Source of the DNA: an uncultured Novosphingobium sp.
GTDB taxonomy: Bacteria; Pseudomonadota; Alphaproteobacteria; Sphingomonadales; Sphingomonadaceae
DNA length: 60,637 nt
Reading direction: 5' to 3'
Assembly (NCBI GenBank): GCA_964627175.1
Contig: CAZVHM010000002.1
Span: 3,759-64,395, forward strand
Position numbers and translations under genes: made by a program. The first letter of the stretch is position 1; each line of letters opens with the position of its first letter. The notes under the pieces are model-generated. The model did no database searches. It saw nothing but the letters and a program-made list of their open reading frames with translations, and was not told the origin of the DNA. Shown here piece after piece: positions 9,320 to 18,661 of the stretch.

Positions 9320-11719
9320 TTATTTGAAGTTATACTTGAGCGTGAAGGCAAAACGCCGCGGCTGCGCCGGCTGCGCGGCGGTGTAGCCGACGCCAAGGCT
9401 GCCGTGGGTGTCGAACACGTTCAGGTAATAGAGCTTGTTCGTCAGGTTGGTAACCTCGAGCGCAGCCTCCCAGTTGGCGGCTTCCGGGCGATAAGTGACG
9501 CGGCCGTTCCACAGTGTGTAGCCGGCAATGCGGCTGGTCGGCCGGTTGACCGCGGAATAGAACGTTTCCGACTGGTAGGACGCATCGATGCGCGGGGTCA
9601 GCGTGCCGCCGCCCAGATTGGCTTCATACTGGACGCCCAGGCTCCACTTCCATTCCGGCGTCGCCAGTGCGCGGTCGTTGAGCGACACACCGGTGCGGGC
9701 ATTGACCGACTTGTACTTGAAATCGGTGTAGCTAGCCGCGCCGTCGATCAGCAGGCCGGGCACCGGCTCGGCGGTCAGTTCGCCTTCAAGCCCACGGATG
9801 CGGGCGCTGCCCACGTTCGCCTGCGCGATGCAGAACACGAAGGTGTTGGTGCCGCAGTCGTTGATCTCGAACTGGATGCCATCATAGTCGCTGGTAAAGG
9901 CCGCAAGGTTGAGCCGCACCCGGTTGTCGAGCAGCTTGGTTTTCACACCCGCTTCATAGCTCTTCAGGGTTTCCGGCTTGAAGGTCGAATAGGGGAAACT
10001 CGGCAGAACGTGCGAACTGTCGATCGGCCGCGGGATCGCGCCGCCGCCCTTGAACCCGGTTGAAGTCTGGGCATAGAGCAAGACCTGATCGGTCACCTCG
10101 AAGTCAACCGCGAAGCGATAGTCCCAGTTGTCGCCGGAATAGCCGTTGGTCAGCCCGCTCACCTGCGGCGCTCCGCTGTTCACATAGCGGATGTAGGTAT
10201 AGTCCTTCGATTCCTTGGTATAACGCACGCCGCCGGTCACGTTGACGCGGTCGATCGGGTGCAGCACCGCGTGAGCGAATGCCGCATCGGACTTGGTTTC
10301 GATCCGGTCGTTCTGGATGAAGTCGGTGCGGCCGAACACCGGCGCATCAACCCGGCCCGGAGCGACCGAGCGGGTGTCCATGTGGAAGCCACCCACCGTC
10401 AGGTCCAGCACCTTGCCCAGCGATGCGTTGAGACGCAGTTCCTGGGTGAACTGGCGATGGGTGGGATTGTAATACTGGTTTTCCAGCCCGAACGGAGAAC
10501 CATCGCCATCCGAGGCAAACTCGGCCTTGTAGCTGCGATAGGCCGTGATCGACGTTACCGAGATCGCCTCGTTCACGTTCCAGTTCAGCTTGCCCGAAAC
10601 GCCCCACGAATTGATCCGGCTGACCGGCGGGTTGCAATAGGCCAGCGCCGGGTCGCCATCAGGGTGCACGATGGTCGGGCCGCCGGGAATGACTTCGGTG
10701 AAGCCGGGATAGTTCTTGTTGTTGCAGAAGGTGGAGTAGGACACGAACGGATCGCGCGAGATGAAGCGGCTGTCGTAGCCGGGAAGCGCGGCCGCGATAA
10801 ACGCCGGGTTGGTCGGCGGCCCGGCATAAGTCTGGGTGCTCGCCTGCACTTCCGAATTGTCGCGGGTATAGTCACCGGTAATGTCGATCGTGACCTTCTC
10901 GCTCGGCACCAGGCGCAGCGCGCCGCGCACCGCCGAATAGTCCTTGCCCCCGGCGGTGCCGAGCTTGCAATCGGTCCGGCTGCCGGAAATCACGGTCGGC
11001 ACGTCGGTCGCGCCAGGATTGAGGCAGCGATAGTCGTAGCGCGTGACATAGCCGTTGATGTGGTTGGTCAGGCCCGAAAGGCGGACCATCACCTTGTCGG
11101 GCACCAGCGCGAAATCGGCCGCGCCGCGCAGTTGCAGCCGGCCGTGATCGCCCACCGTGGCGGCAACATAACCCTCGCCGCTACCGGTCGGCACGGCGGA
11201 ATAGAGCTTGATCGAACCACCGAGCGAGTTGCGCCCGGCCAGCGTACCCTGCGGCCCGCGCAGCACTTCGACCCGCTCCAGATCGAGCAGTTCGAGCACC
11301 GATCCGGTCAGGGTCGAATAATAAACATCATCGACGTAGAGGCCGACGCCCGGCTCGAATGCGAACGAAGAGTCCGTCTGGCCGATGCCGCGGATCGATG
11401 CCTGCAGCGCCGGACCAAAGCCAGCGCCAGCCGGCTTCAAGGTCACGCTCGGGGCCTGGTTGGCCACATCGGCAATGCTGGTCTGGCTGCGTGCTTCCAG
11501 CATCTCGGCATTGACGGCCGTGATCGCGATCGGGGTCTTCTGCAGGTTTTCCGAGCGGAACTGCGCGGTGACTACGATCTCACCCAGTCCCTGATCGGCG
11601 GCAGCTTGATCGGCGGAGTTTTCCGCAGCCATTGCCGGCACGGAAACAGCCAGCAACGCCGTTGCGAGTGCGACCGGCGAAACACTACGTGCCACGCTAA
11701 GGCCAATGCGCTTGCCCAT
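9320..11719 (-). CDS. TonB-dependent receptor
   Basis: Signal peptide, 'EIVVTAQFR', 'DLERVEVLRGPQGTLAGRNSLGG', C-terminal 'KYNFK'. Confidence 0.95.
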   Translation of the reverse strand: MGKRIGLSVARSVSPVALATALLAVSVPAMAAENSADQAAADQGLGEIVVTAQFRSENLQKTPIAITAVNAEMLEARSQTSIADVANQAPSVTLKPAGAGFGPALQASIRGIGQTDSSFAFEPGVGLYVDDVYYSTLTGSVLELLDLERVEVLRGPQGTLAGRNSLGGSIKLYSAVPTGSGEGYVAATVGDHGRLQLRGAADFALVPDKVMVRLSGLTNHINGYVTRYDYRCLNPGATDVPTVISGSRTDCKLGTAGGKDYSAVRGALRLVPSEKVTIDITGDYTRDNSEVQASTQTYAGPPTNPAFIAAALPGYDSRFISRDPFVSYSTFCNNKNYPGFTEVIPGGPTIVHPDGDPALAYCNPPVSRINSWGVSGKLNWNVNEAISVTSITAYRSYKAEFASDGDGSPFGLENQYYNPTHRQFTQELRLNASLGKVLDLTVGGFHMDTRSVAPGRVDAPVFGRTDFIQNDRIETKSDAAFAHAVLHPIDRVNVTGGVRYTKESKDYTYIRYVNSGAPQVSGLTNGYSGDNWDYRFAVDFEVTDQVLLYAQTSTGFKGGGAIPRPIDSSHVLPSFPYSTFKPETLKSYEAGVKTKLLDNRVRLNLAAFTSDYDGIQFEINDCGTNTFVFCIAQANVGSARIRGLEGELTAEPVPGLLIDGAASYTDFKYKSVNARTGVSLNDRALATPEWKWSLGVQYEANLGGGTLTPRIDASYQSETFYSAVNRPTSRIAGYTLWNGRVTYRPEAANWEAALEVTNLTNKLYYLNVFDTHGSLGVGYTAAQPAQPRRFAFTLKYNFK

Positions 11720-11880
11720 GTTTTGATTTCCCCTCTTACCCATTGTTGTTTTTGTCTTGCTCATCCGGGCCGACCCCGGATCGCCTAATCTTTTCTTCAG
11801 AGCCGATTGATAGTCATCAACCGAGGCCCACGTCATGTGGGCTTGCGGAAAAACACCTTTGCAGTGGAGGGATAATAACG

Positions 11881-13092
11881 TCAGTCAGCGGTTGCGGCCG
11901 CACTGGTTCGGCGCAGGCGGGCAGTGGCAGCCACAAAGCAGAACTGACACAGCGCGATGGTGATGCACATCGTGCGCGGCGTACCATCGTGAAAAGCCCC
12001 GGAAATCGAGGAAACAATCGCGCCGGCGGCAAATCCGTTCGCACTGAACAGCGCCGCTGCGGCGCCGGTGCGCAGGCGTTCGGCCGCCATTCCGCCTGCG
12101 GTCGTGTTGGTCTGCACTGGCGAAGCGCTGCCAACGACAAGAAACAGCACTGCCAGAAGGGGCAGCGCTCCGCCCGAAGGCACGAAGGCATAGACCAGCA
12201 GCAGCGCTCCCAGGATGGCGGCATTGCGCGCCGACTTGCCCAGCATAGTATCGGTGTCATGCTTGGCCAGCATGCGCCGATTAAGGTGGGCCGCGCCCAG
12301 AAGTGCCAAGGAATTTGCTGCAAAAACATAGCTGTATTGCACCGGGCCGAAGCCGAACGATTCCATCAACACAGTTGGCGCCGAAGCCATATAGGTAAAG
12401 AACGCCGCGCTGTTGCAGCCCCCGGCGATCAGGTGCCAGCGCAAACGGCGATTGCCGAGCAGGCTGCGATAGGTTTTCAGAACTGGCTCCGTCCGGGCGT
12501 TTTCGGCGGTTTCGGCCGAACGGCTCTCCCGCAGCCATGCAAACGCTGCGGGCAACATCAACATGCCAAGCCCGGCCATGGCGACAAAACTTGCTCGCCA
12601 CGAGCCGATCTGACTGAGCCAAGCCCCCACCATCGGCGCCAGCACCGGGGCCATTCCCGACATCAGAACCATCTGCGACAAGACGCGTGCAGACTGCCGG
12701 GAATCACACGTATCGCGCACCATTGCCCGGGCCGAACTCAGCACGCCGCAGGCCCCCAAAGCCTGAAGAATGCGGGCTAACAACAGGATGGCAAAGCTTT
12801 CGGTCAAGCCTGCAACGGCCGATCCGCAAACGAACACTACAAGCCCGCCAAGGATCATGGGCCGCCGCCCGATCCGGTCCGAAAGCGGGCCGGCAAACAC
12901 CTGCCCGACCGAAATCCCGGCGAGGAAAACCGACACAGTCAGCGTGGCCTCGCTCGCGCCGATCCTCAGCGAGCGGGCAAGATCGACCATCGCCGGCAAG
13001 TACATGTCCAGCGACACCGGCCCTAACGTACACAGGACAGCAAGAGTCAGCACCTGCAGGCGCGATAAAGTGGCGGAAGCATTGGCTTTCAC
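11881..13092 (-). CDS. Bcr/CflA-family MFS efflux transporter (paralog of 6381..7574)
   Basis: 'PVSLDMYLPA', 'GPLSDRIGRRP', 'CNSAAFF' shared with 6381..7574. Confidence 0.9.
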   Translation of the reverse strand: MKANASATLSRLQVLTLAVLCTLGPVSLDMYLPAMVDLARSLRIGASEATLTVSVFLAGISVGQVFAGPLSDRIGRRPMILGGLVVFVCGSAVAGLTESFAILLLARILQALGACGVLSSARAMVRDTCDSRQSARVLSQMVLMSGMAPVLAPMVGAWLSQIGSWRASFVAMAGLGMLMLPAAFAWLRESRSAETAENARTEPVLKTYRSLLGNRRLRWHLIAGGCNSAAFFTYMASAPTVLMESFGFGPVQYSYVFAANSLALLGAAHLNRRMLAKHDTDTMLGKSARNAAILGALLLVYAFVPSGGALPLLAVLFLVVGSASPVQTNTTAGGMAAERLRTGAAAALFSANGFAAGAIVSSISGAFHDGTPRTMCITIALCQFCFVAATARLRRTSAAATAD

Positions 13093-13346
13093 GAGGTTGT
13101 CACCTGCCCGAAGTCTTGAGGAATCTGCGTCGACGACGTGATGAAGTCTGCCCCGAGTCAGGCCGGATGCTTTTTGTTAAGCCCTGCCCACCCTTGCCAA
13201 GCTTGCCCCCGGCCGATACGAATTTACGTATCGCCTAACGATTTCATTAGTCAACGAGCGCTGCAACGGTTGGATCGCCGCGCCGGCACCACGGTTGCCG
13301 GTTGCGGGATCTACGAACAAGCGGCGCGACAACGGGAGAGGCCATC

Positions 13347-15527
13347 ATGACACAGGCTTTACGATTGGGCCGCGGCAAAGCCGCGCTCGGAATCGCTGGC
13401 GCCACGGCGGCACTGGCGTTACTGCTTGCAGCGAATACCGGGCAGGCCGCCCCAAGCGTCGCCGATTGGCCCCTCGCCGGACGCGACCTCAGCGGACAGC
13501 GCTATGTCGATGGGCTGGATCTGTCTGCCGCCACTGTCGGCCGTCTCGGCTTTGCGTTCGAGTTTCGCGATTTCGTCGTGCGTGGTCGCACGCACCGCGG
13601 GGTCGAAGCCAATCCCCTGCTGGTGAACGGCGTTCTCTATTTCTCCGGTCCGTGGGGCGTTGCCTATGCGGTCGACGCGCGCTCCGGCCAGCATTTGTGG
13701 ACTTACGATCCCGAGCCTGAAGGTTCTTCTGCCCGGCTTACCTGTTGCGATGCGGTAAACCGGGGCGTTGCGGTGGCCGATGGGCGCCTGTTCACGGCCG
13801 CAACGGACGGTCAGCTCGCCGCCGTCGATGCGCGCACCGGCAAGGAGCTGTGGAAGGTCAACACCATTGCCGATCCTCGCTGGAACACCACCAGCACCGG
13901 CGCACCGCGGGTGGCCGGCAATGTTGTGATCATCGGCAATGCCGGCTCGGACATGGGCTCGCGCGGTTATCTCAGTGCTTACGACGTGGCCACCGGCAAG
14001 CTGACCTGGCGTTTCTGGGTGGTGCCGGGCGATCCGGCGGCCGGGCCGGATGAAAGCCCCGACGTTACCCGCGCCCGCGCCACCTGGCCGAAGGATGCGC
14101 GCTGGGATCTCGGGCTTGGCGGCAATCCGTGGGACGGGCTGGCCTTCGATCCGGAAACCGACACTGTGTTCGTCGGCACCGGCAATGGCGGGCCGCATCC
14201 GGTCTGGCTGCGTAGCCACAGCGGCGAGGCAACCGACCAGCTCTACCTGTCCAGCATCGTCGCACTCGATGCAAAGACGGGCCGGGTCAAATGGCATTAC
14301 CAGACCACCCCGGCCGACAGCTGGGACTATGCCGCCACTTCGCCTTTCGTGATGGCCGAGGTCACGGTTGCCGGAAAGCCGCGCAAGGTCATCATGCAGG
14401 CTCCGAAAAACGGCATCTTCTACATGCTGGACCGCGTGACCGGCGAACTGCTGACGGCAAAGCCCTATACCTACGTCAACTGGACCAAAGGTATCGACAT
14501 GAAGACCGGCCGGCCGATCCTTGATCCGGCCGCCGATTATCGCAAATCCACGCGCGTCGTCTGGCCAAGCATGGCCGGCGGGCACAGCTGGGCGCCAATG
14601 GCGTTCAGCCCGCGTACCGGTCTGGTCTATCTGCCGGTGTTCGAAGCCGCGGCCAGCTATACCGCCGATCCCCAGCGCAAGTTTGTTGCCGGGGGCATCA
14701 GCGAGGAAGCCCAGTTCCTCCGCGGTGGACTCAGCCAGGCAACCCGCAACGAGTTTGGCCCGTTCCGTGACAAGGACTTGCAGGCCCAGCTGGAAAGCGG
14801 TGCCCCTGGCGTCCAGGGCCGCCTCAAGGCGATCGATCCTGTCACGGGCGAGGCTCGCTGGCAAACCGGGCCCTTGCCGATGGCCTCGGGCGGCACGCTG
14901 GTGGTCGGCGATCTTGTTTTCCAGGGCGATGTGGAAGGCTATCTCCACGCCTATGATGCCACCACCGGCGAACGGCGTCTGCGCCTGTTCCTCGGCACGG
15001 GAATCATGGGCGCGCCAATGGCCTATCAGCTTGATGGCGTAACTTATCTCGCTGTTCTTGCCGGGTTCGGCGGGCCGCAAGGTGCGGCATTCCCGCCGGG
15101 CGCTGCGGCCCTGCGCCACGAAAACTTTGAACGCCTGATCGTGCTGAAGCTGGATGGCGGGCCGATTCCCCTGCCCCCGGCTGCCAAGCCGCCGGTTCAG
15201 GCCCCGATGCCCAAACCGATTGCCGCCACGCCCGCCGTCCTCGCCCGCGGACAGGCCCTGTATCAGCAGAACTGTCACCGCTGCCACTGGGTGGGCGGCG
15301 CGCAGGGGATCTATCCCAACCTGTGGAACATGAGCCCCGAAACGCTTGAGGCGTTCGAGGCCATCGTTGGCGATGGTGCCTTTGCCTATGCCGGCATGGC
15401 CTCATTTGCCGATGTGCTCTCGCGGGATGAAATAGCCGCAGTTAAGGCCTTTATTGTCAACGACACCATCGCTAAGCGAACCGGGGGCCCGGAAGCGGGT
15501 GCGCAATACACCGTTGCCGGCCACTAA
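13347..15527 (+). CDS. PQQ-dependent quinohemoprotein alcohol dehydrogenase (type II) with C-terminal cytochrome c
   Basis: Signal peptide, vicinal 'CCDAVNRG', Trp-docking repeats, 'TTPADSWDY', heme c motif CHRCH. Confidence 0.93.
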   Translation: MTQALRLGRGKAALGIAGATAALALLLAANTGQAAPSVADWPLAGRDLSGQRYVDGLDLSAATVGRLGFAFEFRDFVVRGRTHRGVEANPLLVNGVLYFSGPWGVAYAVDARSGQHLWTYDPEPEGSSARLTCCDAVNRGVAVADGRLFTAATDGQLAAVDARTGKELWKVNTIADPRWNTTSTGAPRVAGNVVIIGNAGSDMGSRGYLSAYDVATGKLTWRFWVVPGDPAAGPDESPDVTRARATWPKDARWDLGLGGNPWDGLAFDPETDTVFVGTGNGGPHPVWLRSHSGEATDQLYLSSIVALDAKTGRVKWHYQTTPADSWDYAATSPFVMAEVTVAGKPRKVIMQAPKNGIFYMLDRVTGELLTAKPYTYVNWTKGIDMKTGRPILDPAADYRKSTRVVWPSMAGGHSWAPMAFSPRTGLVYLPVFEAAASYTADPQRKFVAGGISEEAQFLRGGLSQATRNEFGPFRDKDLQAQLESGAPGVQGRLKAIDPVTGEARWQTGPLPMASGGTLVVGDLVFQGDVEGYLHAYDATTGERRLRLFLGTGIMGAPMAYQLDGVTYLAVLAGFGGPQGAAFPPGAAALRHENFERLIVLKLDGGPIPLPPAAKPPVQAPMPKPIAATPAVLARGQALYQQNCHRCHWVGGAQGIYPNLWNMSPETLEAFEAIVGDGAFAYAGMASFADVLSRDEIAAVKAFIVNDTIAKRTGGPEAGAQYTVAGH

Positions 15528-15560
15528 GGCGGCCTCAGCACCACAGGATTCGGACCGAAC

Positions 15561-16940
15561 TTGGCTAATTCCCAGCACGCAGAAGCCTCTCACGGCATAA
15601 CAACAGCGCGCGGCAGGTTTATCGCCATGGCAACGGTTGCACTCGGCACCGTTCTGGTGGCGCTCGACATTTCCCTGCCGTCGATTGCCTTGCCAACCAT
15701 GGCAAAGACGCTTGGCATCCTGCCCAGCAGCGCGGTCCAGCTGGTCATGGTCTACCAGCTCGTTCTGGTGATGACCCTTCTGCCCATGGCAGCCGTGGGG
15801 GAACGATGGGGCTATCGCACGGTCTATATCGCCGGCCTCGGCTTGTTCGTGGTCGGCGGCGTGCTGTGCTATTTTGCGCCCAGCTTTCCGCTGCTGCTGG
15901 TGGCGCGCGGCATACAGGCGCTCGGTGCCAGCGCCATCACCGCGATAACCACGGCGCTGATCCGCGGTATCTTTTCCGATGCCCACCTGGGCAAGGCCCT
16001 GGCGGCGCATTCCGTGGTGGTTTCAACCGCGAATGCCTTTGCACCGGCGCTGGGCGGATTGATCGTCAGCCTGTTCGACTGGCGCTTCGTCTTCATTGTC
16101 GGCACGCCGTTTGCCATTGGCGTGATCCTGTGCAGTTCGGTGCTGCCCGCATCGATCCGCCGTGCCATTCCGTTTGACTGGGCTTCCGCACTGCTGTGCG
16201 CGCTGGCGTTCGGCTTGGTTGTCGGCGGGCTGGAAGTCATGGTCCACGGCGGGGGCGTTGCCCTTGGCGCAGCTGTGCTGGCCGTGGGCGCAGTGGCGGC
16301 CGTGGTGTTCGTGCGCCGCGAACTCTCGCAATCCGAACCTATCCTGCCGCTCGATCTGCTGCGCCGCCGGGTTCTGGCCCTGTCGCTGCTGGGCTCGTTC
16401 CTGTGCTTCAACGCGGCGATGATCATCACGGTCACCATGCCGTTCCGCCTTGCCAACGAATTCGGCTATTCGGCGGGCGTCATCGGCACGATGATGGCCC
16501 CGTGGCCCCTCATGATCATGGTCGCGGCCCCCCTCGCCGCGATCTTGTCGGATAAAATGGAACCGGCCTTGCTCGGGGGCATGGGCATGGCGGTCAGCGT
16601 GGTCGGCGTGTTGACGCTGTTCTTCCTGCCGGCTCAACCGGATTGGTGGGATGTAGCCTGGCGCATGGGCCTCAGCGGCGTCGGCTTTGCCTTCTACACC
16701 GCGCCCAACGCACGCCTGATCCTCAAATCGGCCCCGCGCCACCGCACCGCATCGGCCGGCGGCCTGACCTCGACCACGCGGCTCACCGGACAAGTGCTTG
16801 GCGCCACCTTGGCTGCCGGTCTGCTGGCATTCGGCACCAGCGGAAGCCAGTGGGCGCCGCTGGTTGCCGCAACCATGTGCCTTGTCGCCGGTGTAACCAG
16901 CTTCGCCCGCGGCCGGGTGCGCGATGAACCCGGCCGCTGA
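15561..16940 (+). CDS. MFS transporter, DHA2-like
   Basis: 'LDISLPSIALPT', 'ARGIQALGA', about 14 TM segments. Confidence 0.88.
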   Translation: MANSQHAEASHGITTARGRFIAMATVALGTVLVALDISLPSIALPTMAKTLGILPSSAVQLVMVYQLVLVMTLLPMAAVGERWGYRTVYIAGLGLFVVGGVLCYFAPSFPLLLVARGIQALGASAITAITTALIRGIFSDAHLGKALAAHSVVVSTANAFAPALGGLIVSLFDWRFVFIVGTPFAIGVILCSSVLPASIRRAIPFDWASALLCALAFGLVVGGLEVMVHGGGVALGAAVLAVGAVAAVVFVRRELSQSEPILPLDLLRRRVLALSLLGSFLCFNAAMIITVTMPFRLANEFGYSAGVIGTMMAPWPLMIMVAAPLAAILSDKMEPALLGGMGMAVSVVGVLTLFFLPAQPDWWDVAWRMGLSGVGFAFYTAPNARLILKSAPRHRTASAGGLTSTTRLTGQVLGATLAAGLLAFGTSGSQWAPLVAATMCLVAGVTSFARGRVRDEPGR

Positions 16941-16958
16941 CATTGCGCTAGCGCGCGG

Positions 16959-18569
16959 TTAGGCGGTTGGCCGGCCTGCGATCAGGTCGGCCGCCTTCTC
17001 CGCGATCATAACCACTGGGGCGTGGGTATTTCCGCCCACCACGCGCGGCATCACCGATGCGTCCACCACGCGCAGGCCTTCTACCCCGATCACCCGAAGC
17101 TGCGGGTCGACCACGGCCTGCGGCCCCTGCCCCATTGCGCAGGTGCCGCAGGCATGGTGCGCCACGATCGCGTTGCTGCGCACGTAATCGGCCAGTTCCT
17201 CATCGCTCTCCAGATTGACCGGTGGATTGAGCGGGCCATCGATATAGTTCGCCATCGGTGCCGTTGCGGCAAACCGGCGTGAATGGCGGATTGCCCGCAC
17301 CAAGGTGGCCAGATCTTCCGGATCCTCGAACAGGTTGAGCCGGATTTCCGGCGCGGCGAACGGATCGGCTGCCCGCAGCTTGACCGTTCCCCGGCTTTCC
17401 GGCCGCAGCAACACATTATAGACGGTCAGCGCGTGCCCGGCCCCCTTGCGGATGCCCGGAAACCACACATGGCCGTCAATCCGCGTGGGGTAGACATTGG
17501 CCTTCACATCAGGCCGGTTAAGCCCCTCTTTGGTGCGGACAAAGCCGAAGCCCAGCACCGGCATGATCGCCTCGCGGTTAGATCCGAACGCCCAGCGCAT
17601 CAGGTTCATCGCCATGCGGTCGAACCGCAGTTCGCGCTCGAAACCGACCGGCTGGCTGAGCGAAAAGGTCACCCCGGCAAACGGGTGTTCCTGCAGGTTG
17701 CGGCCCACGCCGGGCAGATCCACCAACGGCGCGATCCCGCGCGCCTTGAGATCTTCGGCCGGGCCGATGCCCGACAGCATCAGCAGCTGCGGCGAACCAT
17801 AGGCCCCGCCTGAAAGGATCACCTCGCGCTTGCAGCGCAGGGTCTGTGCCTGCCCGTTGCGGGTCAGGTTCACGCCCACGGCGCGGCGGCCTTCCATCAC
17901 CAGCGAAGTAACATGCGTATCGGTCAGCACGGTAAGGTTACGGCGCTGCAGCGCCGGCGCCAGATAGCGCCGCGAACTGCTGGCCCGCACGCCATCGTGG
18001 AGCGCCATTTCGCCAGGAGTGTAACCCTCGCCGGAATTCGGTCCGTGCTGGTCATCGCCCACCTGGTGGCCCATGGCCGAAGCCGTATCCAGCATGGCCG
18101 AAAGCAGCGGCTCGAACGGCTTGATCGGAACGACCGAGAGCGGCCCGCTCCCGCCATGTTCGGCGGTTTCGCCGCGCCAATTGGCTTCCGAGCGGCGGAA
18201 ATAAGGCAGGACGTCGGCCCAGCTCCACCCGGTCGCGCCCATAGCCTCCCATTCATCGTAATCGCCGGGATTGCCGCGCGAATAGATCATGCCATTGATC
18301 GAGGAAGTGCCGCCAAGACACTTGCCGCGCGGCAGGGGAATGCGCCGATCCTTGGCCAACGGTTCCGGCTCGCTGAAATAGCCCCAGTTGACCCGGTCGT
18401 TGTCCAGCAACTTCATGAATGCCATCGGCAACTTCATGAAAGGGTGATTGTCCTGCCCCCCGGCTTCAATCAGCACCACCTGCACTGCAGGATCCTCCGA
18501 GAGCCGATTGGCCAGCACGCACCCCGCCGAGCCAGCCCCGACGATGATGTAGTCCGGCGCTTGGTTCAC
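16959..18569 (-). CDS. GMC-family FAD oxidoreductase
   Basis: 'DYIIVGAGSAGCVLANRLS', 'RGKCLGGTSSINGM', catalytic 'HHACGTC' and 'GGNT'. Confidence 0.95.
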   Translation of the reverse strand: MNQAPDYIIVGAGSAGCVLANRLSEDPAVQVVLIEAGGQDNHPFMKLPMAFMKLLDNDRVNWGYFSEPEPLAKDRRIPLPRGKCLGGTSSINGMIYSRGNPGDYDEWEAMGATGWSWADVLPYFRRSEANWRGETAEHGGSGPLSVVPIKPFEPLLSAMLDTASAMGHQVGDDQHGPNSGEGYTPGEMALHDGVRASSSRRYLAPALQRRNLTVLTDTHVTSLVMEGRRAVGVNLTRNGQAQTLRCKREVILSGGAYGSPQLLMLSGIGPAEDLKARGIAPLVDLPGVGRNLQEHPFAGVTFSLSQPVGFERELRFDRMAMNLMRWAFGSNREAIMPVLGFGFVRTKEGLNRPDVKANVYPTRIDGHVWFPGIRKGAGHALTVYNVLLRPESRGTVKLRAADPFAAPEIRLNLFEDPEDLATLVRAIRHSRRFAATAPMANYIDGPLNPPVNLESDEELADYVRSNAIVAHHACGTCAMGQGPQAVVDPQLRVIGVEGLRVVDASVMPRVVGGNTHAPVVMIAEKAADLIAGRPTA

Positions 18570-18661
18570 TCCCCACCCTTTCCCGTTGTGATAATTGACA
18601 GACGAAAGTTTATACGGAATCGTCTTACCCGAACAAGCCGCTTCCGGCGAAAAGGATTCCT

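Noticed and set aside
13419-15287. Long antisense ORFs (622 aa here; also 10259..11788, 34000..35448, 40415..42124, 46655..48187, 56878..58155)
   Set aside because: They are shadows of well-supported genes on the opposite strand, expected in high-GC DNA, and show no motifs.
13347-15527. Lanthanide-dependent PQQ dehydrogenase
   Set aside because: The motif is WDYA and lacks the extra Asp (WDYD) diagnostic of lanthanide binding.
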